Assembly: GCF_006345805.1 (NCBI RefSeq)
Contig: NC_043026.1
Location: 11,569,751-11,633,750, forward strand
Source: Octopus sinensis
Taxonomy: Eukaryota
Length of the DNA: 64,000 nucleotides
Reading direction: 5' to 3'
Below are positions 34,165-47,310 of the stretch, piece by piece (position 1 is the stretch's first letter; the number at the start of each line of letters is the position of its first letter). The position numbers and the translations under genes are program-made. The notes under the pieces are model-generated. The model did no database searches. It saw only the letters and a list, made by a program, of their open reading frames with translations, and was not told the DNA's origin.

Positions 34165-35598
34165 TACGACAGGCCTCTTTCAGTTTCCGTCTACCAAATC
34201 CACTCACAAGGCATTGGTCGGCCTGGGGCTATAGCAGAAGACACTTGCCCAAGATGCCCCACAGTGGGACTGAACCCGGAACCATGTGGTTGGTTAGCAA
34301 GCTACTTACCACACAGCCACTCCTGCGCCTATTTATATACATATATACGACAGGCCTCTTTCAGTTTCCGTCTACCAAATCCACTCACAAGGCATTGGTC
34401 GGCCTGGGGCTATAGCAGAAGACACTTGCCCAAGATGCCCCACAGTGGGACTGAACCCGGAACCATGTGGTTGGTTAGCAAGCTACTTACCACACAGCCA
34501 CTCCTGCGCCTATTTATATACATATATACGACAGGCCTCTTTCAGTTTCCGTCTACCAAATCCACTCACAAGGCATTGGTCGGCCTGGGGCTATAGCAGA
34601 AGACACTTGCCCAAGATGCCCCACAGTGGGACTGAACCCGGAACCATGTGGTTGGTTAGCAAGCTACTTACCACACAGCCACTCCTGCGCCTATTTATAT
34701 ACATATATACGACAGGCCTCTTTCAGTTTCCGTCTACCAAATCCACTCACAAGGCATTGGTCGGCCTGGGGCTATAGCAGAAGACACTTGCCCAAGATGC
34801 CCCACAGTGGGACTGAACCCGGAACCATGTGGTTGGTTAGCAAGCTACTTACCACACAGCCACTCCTGCGCCTATTTATATACATATATACGACAGGCCT
34901 CTTTCAGTTTCCGTCTACCAAATCCACTCACAAGGCATTGGTCGGCCTGGGGCTATAGCAGAAGACACTTGCCCAAGATGCCCCACAGTGGGACTGAACC
35001 CGGAACCATGTGGTTGGTTAGCAAGCTACTTACCACACAGCCACTCCTGCGCCTATTTATATACATATATACGACAGGCCTCTTTCAGTTTCCGTCTACC
35101 AAATCCACTCACAAGGCATTGGTCGGCCTGGGGCTATAGCAGAAGACACTTGCCCAAGATGCCCCACAGTGGGACTGAACCCGGAACCATGTGGTTGGTT
35201 AGCAAGCTACTTACCACACAGCCACTCCTATGCCTATTTATATACATATATACGACAGGCCTCTTTCAGTTTCCGTCTACCAAATCCACTCACAAGGCAT
35301 TGGTTGGCCCGAGGCTATAGCAGAAGACACTTGCCCAAGATGCCCCGCAGTGGGACTGAACCCGGAACCATGTGGTTGGTTAGCAAGCTACTTACCACAC
35401 AGCCACTCCTATGCCTATTTATATACATATATACGACAGGCCTCTTTCAGTTTCCGTCTACCAAATCCACTCACAAGGCATTGGTCGGCCTGGGGCTATA
35501 GCAGAAGACACTTGCCCAAGATGCCCCGCAGTGGGACTGAACCCGGAACCATGTGGTTGGTTAGCAAGCTACTTACCACACAGCCACTCCTGCGCCTA
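33668..35598 (-). repeat. Composite SINE B array: 8 x 181-bp head modules (34167..35597) plus body plus 3 tail modules (33668..34030)
   Basis: CGACAGGCCTC recurs at 34167, 34348, 34529, 34710, 34891, 35072, 35253 and 35434. The ORF track also repeats every 181 nt. Confidence 0.95.
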
Positions 35599-35699
35599 TC
35601 TCCGTAAAATTTAATCTCATGACAAGATATTCATTAAACAAATTCCAGAAGGAAAAGCGTGGAATACTCCTGAAAAATAATTTTCTTTGTCAACATAAG

Positions 35700-36310
35700 C
35701 AGGCATGGTTGTATGTCTAAGAGGTTTGCTTTGCAATCAAACGGTTTCGGGTTCAATCCCACGGCACAGTACTTTGGGCAAGTGCCTTCTACTTGTAGCT
35801 CCGAGCCAACCAATGCCTTATGAGTGAGTTTGGTAGACGCAAACTGTAAACCAGTCGTTTATATGTATGTGTACCCCTCATAACTGTTTTTACTTTTTGG
35901 AATTGTTGGAAAGTTTTTGCGAATTTGAGTTCAATACACGGGAGTTTTTGTCCCAAATAGCCGCTTGACAATCCGTGTTGGACTCGGAAATTATTTCATT
36001 ATGTCTGAGTTCCAAGCCGAGCCGCAGCAACAAAGTCTACCCACCACAGTTTTCGGTCCATCATCGAGGTCCTCGATTCATTCCAGGCCAGTGTCTGCAA
36101 TCGAGTTGTCGATGTGTGACGAATGTTTTCCGTTTCTTACATCACGATGAGGTCAGTTCCACAAGACCGACTTGGGTGCTTCCAGTTCGGCAAAAGGCAC
36201 TGACAGAATAAGAAGCAGACTTTAAAAATAAGGGCCCTTTATTCAACTAAGCACCTCAAAGCGATGCTTCAGTATTGCCGCAGTCAAATGATCGAAATAA
36301 GTAAAAGACG
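35700..36310 (+). mobile_element. Old SINE B-related element(s)
   Basis: Diverged head (GGTTCAATCCC, TTGGGCAAGTGCCTTCTAC) and diverged tail GCCGCAGTCAAATGATCGAAATAAGTAAAAG. Confidence 0.55.
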
Positions 36311-36361
36311 AAAACATAATCGTTAATCTATTTCATCTGAAAAGTAGCAGCAGAAAATTTC

Positions 36362-36786
36362 GGCAATCTTTCGTCTCTAGTAGACCTTTCCGTCGATTTC
36401 CGTAAAAAAATTTTTTTTTTTACATATGGGCTTGCGGGAACTTTTGAAGTAATGAGAGCAAAAGAGACTAAGAGAAAGCGATTGTATGACGAGGGAAGTT
36501 CTTTTGAAGTTACCGTGCATGTGAGGCATTGATGTACATATGTGTGTGTGTGTGTGTGTTTGATGGGGTGTGGGAGACAGACAGTATGTTGTGTAAGTGA
36601 AGTGCTTCTGTTAGTGTGTGTGAAGAGACAGAGTAATGTGTGAAAGAAAGAGATAACTGAAATTTTTTACTCGGTGTATGTGTATATGTATGTATATTAC
36701 TTCAAAAGTTCCCGCAAGCCCATATGTAAGAAAAAAAATTTTTTACGGAAATCGACGGAAAGGTCTACTAGAGACGAAAGATCGCC
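36362..36786. mobile_element. MITE family M1, full length
   Basis: ~90-bp TIRs; AATTTC on both flanks; body inverted relative to the 25421 copy. Confidence 0.85.
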
Positions 36787-37260
36787 AATTTCATTTAAAA
36801 ATATCCATCTTTTACATATTTATGAAGGAACACACATTCGATATATTATAATAAACTATTGGTTTCTGTGATCGCTGTGTATTACAGAATATTCCTCAAA
36901 CTAAGACGTGCAACGGTGGAAAGTCAACAGGATAGCTTCAAGCGCTAGAAATAGCAGCTAAATCTTACACAAATCAGACATCTCTAATCTACAAAAGATA
37001 CAAGGTGTACAGGATTAAAAGATGAAGTATTCTCATTGCTTAATACTTACAGAAATGTTTTGTAAAGGATAGTATTGTTATAACTATATGTGGTAGTTGA
37101 AAAATGTGTGTAGTAGTCGGTTATTACAAATTCATGAATGAAATATAAATTACGACTTGAAGATGAAAACGGAAGTACGTTTAGTGCGCATGTGTATCTT
37201 GTAATTGGCATATTTGCGGCAGCTGACTCGCATTAATCGCCTTTCTCGTTCAGCTGGTTG

Positions 37261-39235
37261 GCAGAAACGTTAGCACGCCGGGCGAAATGCTAAGCGGTAT
37301 TTCGTCTGCCGTTACGTTCTGAGTTCAAATTCCGCCGAGGTCGACTTTGCCTTTCGTCCTTTCGGGGTCGATAAATTAAGTATCAGTTACGCACAGGGGT
37401 CGATGTACTCGACTTAATACCTATGTCTGTCCTTGTTTGTCCCCTCTGTGTTTAGCCCCTTGTGGGTAGTAAAGAAATAGGTATTTCGTCTGTCGTTACG
37501 TTCTGAGTTCAAATTCCGCCGAGGTCGACTTTGCCTTTCATCCTTTCGGGGTCGATAAATTAAGTACCAGTTACGCACAGGGGACGATGTAATCGACTTA
37601 ATACCTATGTTTAGCCCCTTGTGGGTAGTAAAGAAATAGGTATTTCGTCTGTCGTTACGTTCTGAGTTCAAATTCCGCCGAGGTCGACTTTGCCTTTCAT
37701 CCTTTCGGGGTCGATAAATTAAGTACCAGTTACGCACAGGGGACGATGTAATCGACTTAATACCTATGTTTAGCCCCTTGTGGGTAGTAAAGAAATAGGT
37801 ATTTCGTCTGCCGTTACGTTCTGAGTTCAAATTCTGCCGAGGTCGACTTTGCCTTTCATCCTTTCGGGGTCGATAAATTAAGTACCAGTTACGCACAGGG
37901 GACGATGTAATCGACTTAATACCTATGTTTAGCCCCTTGTGGGTAGTAAAGAAATAGGTATTTCGTCTGCCGTTACGTTCTGAGTTCAAATTCCGTCGAG
38001 GTCGACTTTGCCTTTCATCCTTTCGGGGTCGATAAATTAAGTACCAGTTACGCACAGGGGTCGATGTAATCGACTTAATACCTATGTCTGTCCTTGTTTG
38101 TCCCCTCTATGTTTAGCCCCTTGTGGGTAGTAAAGAAATAGGTATTTCGTCTGCCGTTACGTTCTGAGTTCAAATTCCACCGAGGTCGACTTTGCCTTTC
38201 ATCCTTTCGGGGTCGATAAATTAAAGTACCAGTTACGCACTGAGGTCAATGTAATCGACTTAATACCTATGTCTGTCCTTGTTTGTCCTCTCTATGTTTA
38301 GCCCCTTGTGGGTAATAAAGAAATAGGTATTTCGTCTGTCGTTATGTTGTGAATTCAAATTCCGCCGAGGTCGACTTTGCCTTTCATCCTTTCGGGGTCG
38401 ATAAATTAAGTACCAGTTACGCACAGGGGACGATGTAATCGACTTAATACCTATGTTTGTCCCCTCTATGTTTAGCCCCTTGTGGGTAGTAAAGAAATAG
38501 GTATTTCGTCTGCCGTTACGTTCTGAGTTCAAATTCCACCGAGGTCGAGTTTGCCTTTCATCCTTTCGGGGGTCGATAAATTGAGTACCAGTTACGCACT
38601 GGAGTCGATGTAATCGACTTAATACGTATGTCTGTCCTTGTTTGTCCCCTCTATGTTTAGCCCCTTGTGGGTAGTAAAGAAATAGGTATTTCGTCTGCCA
38701 TTACGTTCTGAGTTCAAATTCCGCCGAGGTCGACTTTGCCTTTCATCCTTTCGGGGGTCGATAAATTAAAGTACCAGTTACGCACAGGGGTCGATGTAAT
38801 CGACTTAATACCTATGTCTGTCCTTGTTTGTCCCCTCTATGTTTAGCCCCTTGTGGGTAATAAAGAAATAGAAATAGGTATTTCGTCTGCCGTTACGTTC
38901 TGAGTTCAAATTCCGCCGAGGTCGACTTTGCTTTTCATCCTTTCGGGATCGATAAATTAAGTACCAGTTACGCACAGGGGTCGATGTAAACGACTTAATA
39001 CCTATGTTTGTCTCCTCTGTGTTTAGCCCCTTGTGGGTAGTAAAGAAATAGGTATTTCGTCTGCCGTTACGTTCTGAGTTCAAATTCCGCCGAGGTCGAC
39101 TTTGCCTTTCATCCTTTCGGGGGTCGATTAATTAAGTACCAGTTACGCACAGGGGTCGATGTAATCGACTCAATCCGTCTGTCTGTCCTTGTTTGTCCCC
39201 TCTGTGTTTAGCCCCTTGTGGGTAATAATGAAATA
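37261..39235 (+). repeat. SINE family A concatemer: one head plus 11 body units (159-192 bp)
   Basis: GGTATTTCG junctions start at 37480, 37639, 37798, 37957, 38141, 38326, 38500, 38685, 38877 and 39051; GGTTG on both flanks. Confidence 0.95.
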
Positions 39236-39387
39236 GGTTGTTGCGTACGTACGCGCGCGTATGTATGTATGTATGTATAAATGTATGCATGTCTGTATGT
39301 AGGTGTGTGTATCGAATCTTTTACTTGTTTTAGTCACCAGACTGCGACCATGCTGGGGCACCGCCCTGAATTGAACTCCAGCACTCT

Positions 39388-39770
39388 CTTTTACTTGTTT
39401 CAGTCATGTGACTGAGGCCATGCTGGAGCACCGCCTTTAGTCGAGCAAATCGACCCCAGGACTTATTCTTTGTAAGCCTAGTTCTTACCCTATCGGTTTC
39501 TTTTTGCCGAACCGCTAATTTACGGGGACATAAACACACCAGCATTGGTTGTCAAGCGGCGTTGGGGGGACAAACAGACACACAAATACATATACATATA
39601 TATATACGACGGGCTTCTTTCAGTTTCCGTCTACCAAATCCACTCACAAGGCTTTGGTCGGCCTGAGGCTATAGTAGAAAACACTTGCCCGAGGTGCCAC
39701 GCAGTGGGACTGAACCCATAACCATGTGGTTCATAAGCAAGCTACTTACCACTCAGCCACTCCTGCGCCT
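39388..39770 (-). mobile_element. SINE family B
   Basis: Complete tail, body and head; a tail-only fragment lies at about 39320..39360. Confidence 0.9.
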
Positions 39771-39779
39771 ACATAGCTT

Positions 39780-40090
39780 GTACAGTCTTTGTAAGCCGTT
39801 TGTCTGAATCTGGTTTTGTTAGTGATCACCAAATTACTAAGCATGGTACCTTGTCAAATGCCTTCAGAAGAAGGCAACAAAAGCCAGGGATAGTGCTCTA
39901 TTCTTAATCCTGTAATTCTCCTGCAGATGCCTCACAAGTAAGATAGCAATTATAGTACTTCTTGTAGTCACCAAGCCAAACTATATCTCATCGAGATTTA
40001 CTGTCACAAATCGTCTGTGCTGATTTTTCCCACGACCTTCACAACCCCAGCCAGTAGTTTGACTGCTCTACAATTTCCCACTTCTAAGAC
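39780..40090 (-). mobile_element. RTE-clade RT fragment, heavily degenerate
   Basis: Across frames: KGRGNVLEVGNCRAVKLL ... FGLVTTRSTIIAILLVRHLQENYRIKNRALSLAFV..KAFDKVP. Confidence 0.65.
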
Positions 40091-40599
40091 ATTTCCTCTC
40101 CCTTAATAGGAGTTTACAATAATCCTTTCTTCTATTGGCACAAAGCCTGAAATTTCAGGGAAGGGGCTAAGTCAATTACTCAACTGATCCTTATTTTATT
40201 GACCCCAAAAGGATGAAAGGTAAAGTTGACCTTGGCCACATTTGAACTCAGGATGTAAAGATGGAGGGAATATCACTAAGTATTTTTACCTGGCATGCTA
40301 ATGATTCTGCCAGCTCACCACCTTGAAGTTTATAATACTACTAAACCAGTCAATGAGTATGACCCTTTCCTGTATAACTTGATTAACCATCCAAGAGGTG
40401 ATTATGCATCCTATATCCCTAGATATTTTGAGCATCACTGTAACTAATAAAATCCACTTTCAAGGTTTTGGTCAGCCTAGGGATATAATCTGGAGACACT
40501 TCCCAAAGCTGCCATGCAATTGTACTGAACCTAAAACCCCATGTTTGAGAGAAGCCATGCCTATGCACATTCTACACACACATACCTTATTAATGTTCA

Positions 40600-40925
40600 T
40601 CATCATCGTTTAACGTCTGCTTTCCATGCTAGCATGGGTTGGATGATTTGACTGAGGTCTGGCGAACCAGATAGCTGCACCAGACTCCAATCTGATCTGG
40701 CAGAGTTTTACAGCTGGATGCCCTTCCTAACGCCAACCACTCCGAGAGTGTAGTGGGTGCTTTTACGTGCCACCGGCACTAAGGCCAGTCAGGTAGTACT
40801 GGCAACGGCCATGCTCAAATGGTACTTTTTCTGTGCCACCTGCACAGGAGCAGGTCCAGTGGCACTGGCAACGACCTCACTTGAATGTTTTTCGTGTGCC
40901 ACCAGCACAAGTGCTAGTAAGGCGA
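40600..40925 (-). mobile_element. SINE-like family C
   Basis: CATCATCGTTTAACGTC tail, core and subrepeats. Confidence 0.8.
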
Positions 40926-41175
40926 TGCAAATAAATTCTTTTATAATTTGTGTTTGAGAAGACAAGTCAAGCTGAGTAAAATTGTGGATGTCTATGCATA
41001 CAGGCATATCTTCTATATCCCTCTCTTGGCTGAGAGATCCTGGTCTTGCAAGCTCACGGGTGCTGGTGCCACATAAAGGCACCTGTGCCATGTAAAGGCA
41101 CACATAAAATTGCCCAGTACACGATGTAAAGTGGAAGAGCATCCAGCCATAGAAACCATGCTATAACAGACAGGA

Positions 41176-41545
41176 GGCGCAATGGCCCAGAGGTTAGGGC
41201 AGCGGACTCGCGGTTTCGATTCCCAGACCGGGCGTTGTGAGTGTTTATTGAGCGAAAACACCTAAAAGCTCCACGAGGCTCCGGCAGGGGATGGTGGTGA
41301 TCCCTGCTGTACTCTTTCACCACAACTTTCTCTCACTCTTACTTCCTGTTTCTGTTGTACCTGTATTTCAAGGGGCCGGCCTTGTCACTCTCTGTGTCAC
41401 GCTGAATATCCCCGAGAACTACGTTAAGGGTGCACGTGTCTGTGGAGTGCTCAGCCACTTACACGTTAATTTCACGAGCAGGCTGTTCCGTTGATTCGGA
41501 TCAACCGGAACCCTCATCGTCGTAACCGACGGAGTGCTTCCATTC
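41176..41545 (+). mobile_element. tRNA-derived SINE with family D head and a different 3' half
   Basis: GGCGCAATGGCCCAGAGGTTAGGGCAGCGGACTCGCGG...GAGCGAAAACACCTAAAAGCTCCAC matches 1227..1503, then diverges. Confidence 0.7.
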
Positions 41546-42048
41546 CATAACAGACAAATGAAGCCTAGGCAGCTCTCCTGCTGGCCAACACTTGTCAAAC
41601 TGTTCAATCCATGCCAGTGCTTGAATAGCTGATCCCTCTCTAGGCTCAGCATGAGGTAAGCCTTCTTTATTTCACGAATCCTTCATAATCAGCAGCTTCT
41701 CATCATGTAATTTCCATGTCAATGGCAAATGTGCCTTCATCATTTCAGATACACTTCTTGCCAACGGTGTCTCCGCTCCCTCTTACACACTGTCCTACAA
41801 TTCTGAACGTTTCGTGCCTCTGCTCCTCGTGTAGGATGTATTTCTTGCTAACACAATAGCCATACAGTGATCTCGGGGAATATATTTCTCAACTATTTAC
41901 CTCCAATGTCAAAATATACCAATCTTCTCTCCTGCTGGAAATATGCTATACAGAGTATAATGAATATGAAATAAAAAAAATTAATTAATCTGATAAGCAC
42001 ACTCATTGTTGGTCTATATTTTACTTTTTTTTTTAAGCAGTTGATACT

Positions 42049-42430
42049 CTTTTACTTGTTTCAGTCATTTGACTGCGGCCATGCTGGAGCACCACCTTTA
42101 GTCGAGCAAATCGACCCCGGGACTTATTCTTTGTAAGCCCAGTACTTATTCTATCAGTCTCTTTTGCTGAACCGCTATGTGATGGGGACGTAAACAAACC
42201 AGCATTGGTTGTCAAGCAATGCTAGGGGGACAAACATATAGACACACACTTATATATATATATATACGACAGGCTTCTTTCAGTTTCTGTCTACCAAATC
42301 CACTCACAAGGCATTGGTCGGCCCGGGGCTATAGCAGAAGACACTTGCCCAAGATGCCACGCAGTGGGACTGAACCCGGAACCATGTTGTTGGTTAGCAA
42401 GCTACTTACCACACAGCCACTCCTGTGCCT
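42049..42430 (-). mobile_element. SINE family B
   Basis: Complete copy. Confidence 0.9.
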
Positions 42431-42691
42431 ATGTTTATGTTTCTCAGAAATATTTTTCGCAACACCACTGGGATGGCTACAGATTGGTGTAGTAGAAAAT
42501 TTTTCTGGGAACAAGAACACTAGCTGCTTTGGAAATAAAAGTAGTGAGATGTAGACAAACAACTGGTGCGTGTGTTTATAGGTTTTATTAATTGTGACTT
42601 TTCTAAATATAACAATATTGCTTTCAACATAGCAAACAAATTCAAAATCAGGAAGAAATTACTTTTATTAAAAGTTAAAGAGCTAAGTTAG

Positions 42692-43398
42692 CTCAACAAT
42701 AACTCTGAGCACCTCTTCAAACTCCACCCGTGGACATATTTACAAAGTCAGAAAACAGCACAGCTCCCATGACTTTAGGAAACATTTTTTCACGCTGAGA
42801 ATTGCTGAAGCATGGAACAAACTGTCGGCATCGGTTGTTAGTTGTCGGAGCACTGCATCCTTCAAAACTTCCATGCTTCCTGAGATTCGCCGACACTACA
42901 CTTGATTTTCTCCCCTCCATACACACACAAGCATGTATCTGACTCATACACTGTTCACTTTCCAGACATTTGTACATTACTGCATATGCAGACACCCATA
43001 AAATTATCAACCATCTTACAAACAATAACTCTGAGCACCTTTTCAAACTCCACCCGTCTAACACCCGTGGACATATTTACAAAGTCAGAAAACAGCACAG
43101 CTCCCATGACTTCAGGAAACATTTTTTCACGCTGAGAGTTGCTGAAGCATGGAACAGACTGCCGGCATCGGTTGTTAGTTGTCGGAGCACTGCATCCTTC
43201 AAAACTTCCATGCTTCCTGAGATTTGCCAACACTACACCTGATTTTCTCCCCTCCATACACACACAAGCACCTATCTGACTCATACACTGTTCACTTTCC
43301 AGACATTTCTACATTACTGCATGTACTTTATATGCACTTTCTGACAAGTTGTGGTGCACCTGAGCACTGCATACAATAATTTCATTATTATTATTATA
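42692..43398 (+). mobile_element. CR1-type LINE 3' end, tandemly duplicated (~326-bp period), (ATT)n tail
   Basis: ORF 42970..43242: TRGHIYKVRKQ...FFTLRVAEAWNRLPASVV...SFK. The first copy has lost 11 nt between CACCCGT direct repeats. Confidence 0.85.
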
Positions 43399-43545
43399 AC
43401 AGTGTAGATGAAAAATATAGTGTTTGGAGGCTGTTTTCAGATACTCTGTTGTATCTCCTTTCCAGCATATATATACAGAATTAGAATTTTTTTTGTCATA
43501 GAAGTATTTTTGACAGACTACATGTATGCATCAAAAGGTAATTAA

Positions 43546-43765
43546 CCCTTTCGTTACTGTATTTATTTTGAGATGTTCTGTGTTTCTTTCAATTACTTTA
43601 ACTATAACAAAGAATTTAGTAAAATAACTTATTTATCATTAAGCTAGTGTTAGGAACATAAAATGTGACTAAGGTTTGGTGGAAGATTTTAATTCAAAAC
43701 TTATGAAAACAAAACATTTGCACTCAGAACCAGAGCCGGTTTCAGCCGGGTTGGTAACAAAAGGG
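43546..43765. mobile_element. piggyBac-like MITE, family P2, about 210 nt past the ZNF-7 stop
   Basis: TTAA|CCCTTTCGTTAC ... GTAACAAAAGGG|TTAA. Confidence 0.8.
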
Positions 43766-43976
43766 TTAATGGGGTTGACCTCAAGAAATGTTAAAAAGCT
43801 TATAAAAAGACTACCTCAGAAGGGAAGCAATGAAGAACAGCTTCATTATTTCTGCGGGTAATGCCAGTAAGTCTATAGCCCACCATACACTTTGGCAGTA
43901 TCGTAAAACCTTTGTTGTTGAGAAGTTTCATATTGCTAGTTACACTTAGCAATACCGTTAGAGCATATTGCTACAG

Positions 43977-44777
<801 letters not shown>

Positions 44778-45309
44778 TTATTCCATTATTTTACTTCTGT
44801 CGTCACAACATATATATAAATTCTTGTTCTTTTGTTTTTATAGTTTATTCCTAAGAAATATTTCCACAGCTGTATTTCTGTTCGGTGTTACTTTTTGTGA
44901 ATTTGTCTTAGTTTAACAAGCAAACAAAATCACTTGTGTTGACACTCCAGATTGCAATGTATAGAAATTTTGCTAATAATCTGAGGTCAGAGAAAATATT
45001 CCAGAGGAATTCACCATAGATTTATAGAAACAATCTTATATATCTGTTCTGGAAAACATTTTCATTTCGTCTTTATAAGATGATAAATACTGAGAATAGA
45101 TCTTCTGTTATTCCAATGTCATCCGATATTCTGAAATAATAAAGAAACAACAGTGTAAGATAGAGAGGCTGATTAAAAAAAATCTGGATTCAGTTGTGGA
45201 AAATTTCCATTTCCATAGAAATAAACCTGAACAACTGAACTTTTAAATATATTAAAATTTACATCATAAAATCATGTGTGAAGCCTACACATTTATAAAC
45301 CAGTACTTA

Positions 45310-45520
45310 CTATTTCTTTACTACTCACAAGGGGCTAAACACAGAGGGGACACAGGTATTAAGTCGATTATATCGATCCCAGTGCGTAACTGGTACTTAT
45401 TTAATCGACCCCGAAAGGATGAAAGGGCAAAGTCGACATCGGCGGAATTTGAACTCAGAACGTAACCGCAGACGAAATGCTGCTAAGCACTTCGCCCGGC
45501 GTGCTAACGATTCTACCAAC
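45310..45520 (-). mobile_element. SINE family A monomer
   Basis: Head, core and tail on the minus strand. Confidence 0.85.
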
Positions 45521-45803
45521 CGGTGCTTACACCGGTACATATACTGTATGTATAGTGCATTGACAGTGGTTCTTTTCCACTTAGTTTGAAGATAGTGTAA
45601 TTAGAAAACTATCAGATGGATTCCATCAAATGTCGGGAAATACTAAAAATTCGGAATATAAAAAAAAAACCATAACTGCAAAAAATGCCTTCAGAATATT
45701 TGTCGATATTTAAGGGTGTCAAGCTTTTCGTTTAGGTGGCTCCTTCAGTTTTGTACTAGAGATCGTTGTCTACATACATATTCGACAATTTTAATGTATA
45801 TAT

Positions 45804-46113
45804 GGCGATGGCGAACCTTCGGTATAAGTACCCATTTCTTTACTACCCACAAGGGGCTAAACAAGGACAGACAAACGGATTAAGTCGATTATATCGACGC
45901 CAGTGCGTAACTGGTACTTATTTTATCGACCCCGAAAGGATGAAAGGCAAAGTCGACCTCGGCGGAATTTGAACTCACAACGTACCGGATACATTTCAAG
46001 AAAGTGTTTCTTTTTATATATGGGGGGTTAGAGTTAGGGGTGGGAGAAAAGGGTTTCTGTTATCTTCAGAAATGTAAACAAAGTCACGTGTGTACCTATA
46101 CCGAAGGATCGCC
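45804..46113. mobile_element. MITE family M3 (Merlin-like) with nested 5'-truncated SINE A (45832..45985)
   Basis: 8-bp TSD GTATATAT; TIR core CTTCGGTATA(A/G)GTAC. Confidence 0.75.
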
Positions 46114-46139
46114 GTATATATATATATGTGTGTGTATAT

Positions 46140-46300
46140 CTTACCTGCTATGGTATTTAAATATGAAAATTGATTAAATTAGAAATCAGCTCTTCCAATG
46201 TTTGCAAGAAAATGCTCTTTCGTTCTCAGTCTAAAGATGGTTGCAGAGGAAACGGAAGTTCGACATGTCATGTGAGCAAACATCCTCCGCTCTCCAGCAA
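46140..46300 (-). promoter_or_regulatory. Candidate promoter/exon 1 of ZNF-7 (homolog at 55770..55950 for ZNF-8)
   Basis: Both sites share GGAAACGGAAGT (ETS-like), TGTCATGTGA (E-box-like) and GCTCTCCAGC. A GTAAG donor lies 103-113 nt away on the gene strand (exon ends 46145 and 55779). Confidence 0.5.
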
Positions 46301-46399
46301 ATAAAATCACGAAGCCTGTCAGTGTCACAACAACAAACACAAAACAATAATAGTCCTATGTAAATTACCATGCTTACCCTCTGACTATTATAAACTATA

Positions 46400-46630
46400 A
46401 GGCGGCGAGCTGGCAGAAACGTTAGCACGCCGGGCGAAATGCTCAGCAGTATTTCGGCTGTCGTTACGTCCTGGGTTCAAACACCGCCGAGGTCGACTTT
46501 GCCTTTCATCCTTTCGGGGTTAATAAATAAAGTACCAGTTACGCACTGGGGTCGATGTAGTTGACTTAATCCCTTTGTCTGTCTTTGTTTGTTCCCTCTA
46601 TGTTTAGCCCCTTGCGGGCAATAAAGAAAT
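46400..46630 (+). mobile_element. SINE family A monomer
   Basis: 13-bp TSD TATTATAAACTAT. Confidence 0.9.
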
Positions 46631-46648
46631 ATATTATAAACTATTTCT

Positions 46649-46806
46649 GGCGATCCTTCGGTATAGGTACTTGAAGTGGCTTTGTTTACATTTCCGAAGT
46701 TAACAGAAACCCTTTTCTCCCACCCCTAACCCCCCATATATATATAAAAAAATACACTTTCTTGAAATGTATCCGGTACTTCCGGTACCTATACCGAAGT
46801 TACGCC
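46649..46806. mobile_element. MITE family M3, 158 bp
   Basis: TIR GGCGATCCTTCGGTATAGGTAC / GTACCTATACCGAAGTTACGCC; 8-bp TSD CTATTTCT. Confidence 0.85.
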
Positions 46807-47076
46807 CTATTTCTTCGTAAATAACACCACCAGCCTTGTTGGGGGTGACGGTACTCGGTGGGTGTGGCGGCGGCAATGGTTATGATGCTGGTGGTGTTCG
46901 TAGTTGCGGTAGATCTGACAGTGGTGGTGGTGATTGTGGTGGCGGCGGCAGCGGTTATGATTGTTGTTGTGGTGGTGGTCGATTGGATGCTAGTATTGTT
47001 GGTTGCAAAAGTGATGGTGCTGGGGTTGATGGTGGTGGTGGTGATGGTGATGATGGAGGTGGTTGTGGATAATTAT

Positions 47077-47310
47077 AAGGCGGCGAGCTGGCAGAAACGT
47101 TAGCACGCCGGGCTAAATGCGTAGCCGTATTTCGTCTGCCATTACGTTCTGAGTTCAAATTCCGCCGCGGTCGACTTTGCCTTTCATCCTTTCGGGGGCG
47201 ATAAATTAAGTACCAATTACGCACTGGAGTCGATGTAATCGACTTAATCCGTTTGTCTGTCCTTGTTTGTCCTCTCTGTGTTTAAGCCCCTTGTGGGTAG
47301 TAAAGAAATA
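47077..47310 (+). mobile_element. SINE family A monomer in GGT-rich low-complexity DNA
   Basis: 14-bp TSD GGTTGTGGATAATT. Confidence 0.9.

Noticed and set aside
34167-35597. Regular array resembling a CRISPR or a repeat protein (110-aa ORFs every 181 nt)
   Set aside because: The units are contiguous SINE heads with no unique spacers, there are no cas genes, and the context is eukaryotic. The ORFs are by-products of the repeat.
37414-38055. 213-aa repetitive ORF (MRNWYLIYRPRKDERQSRPRR...) and similar ORFs at 10314, 32152, 46955, 56012, 56477
   Set aside because: Antisense translation of SINE A; it appears wherever the SINE does.
46836-47103. Gly-rich and Val-rich ORFs
   Set aside because: GGT/GAT trinucleotide low complexity interrupted by a SINE; no domain signal or splice context.
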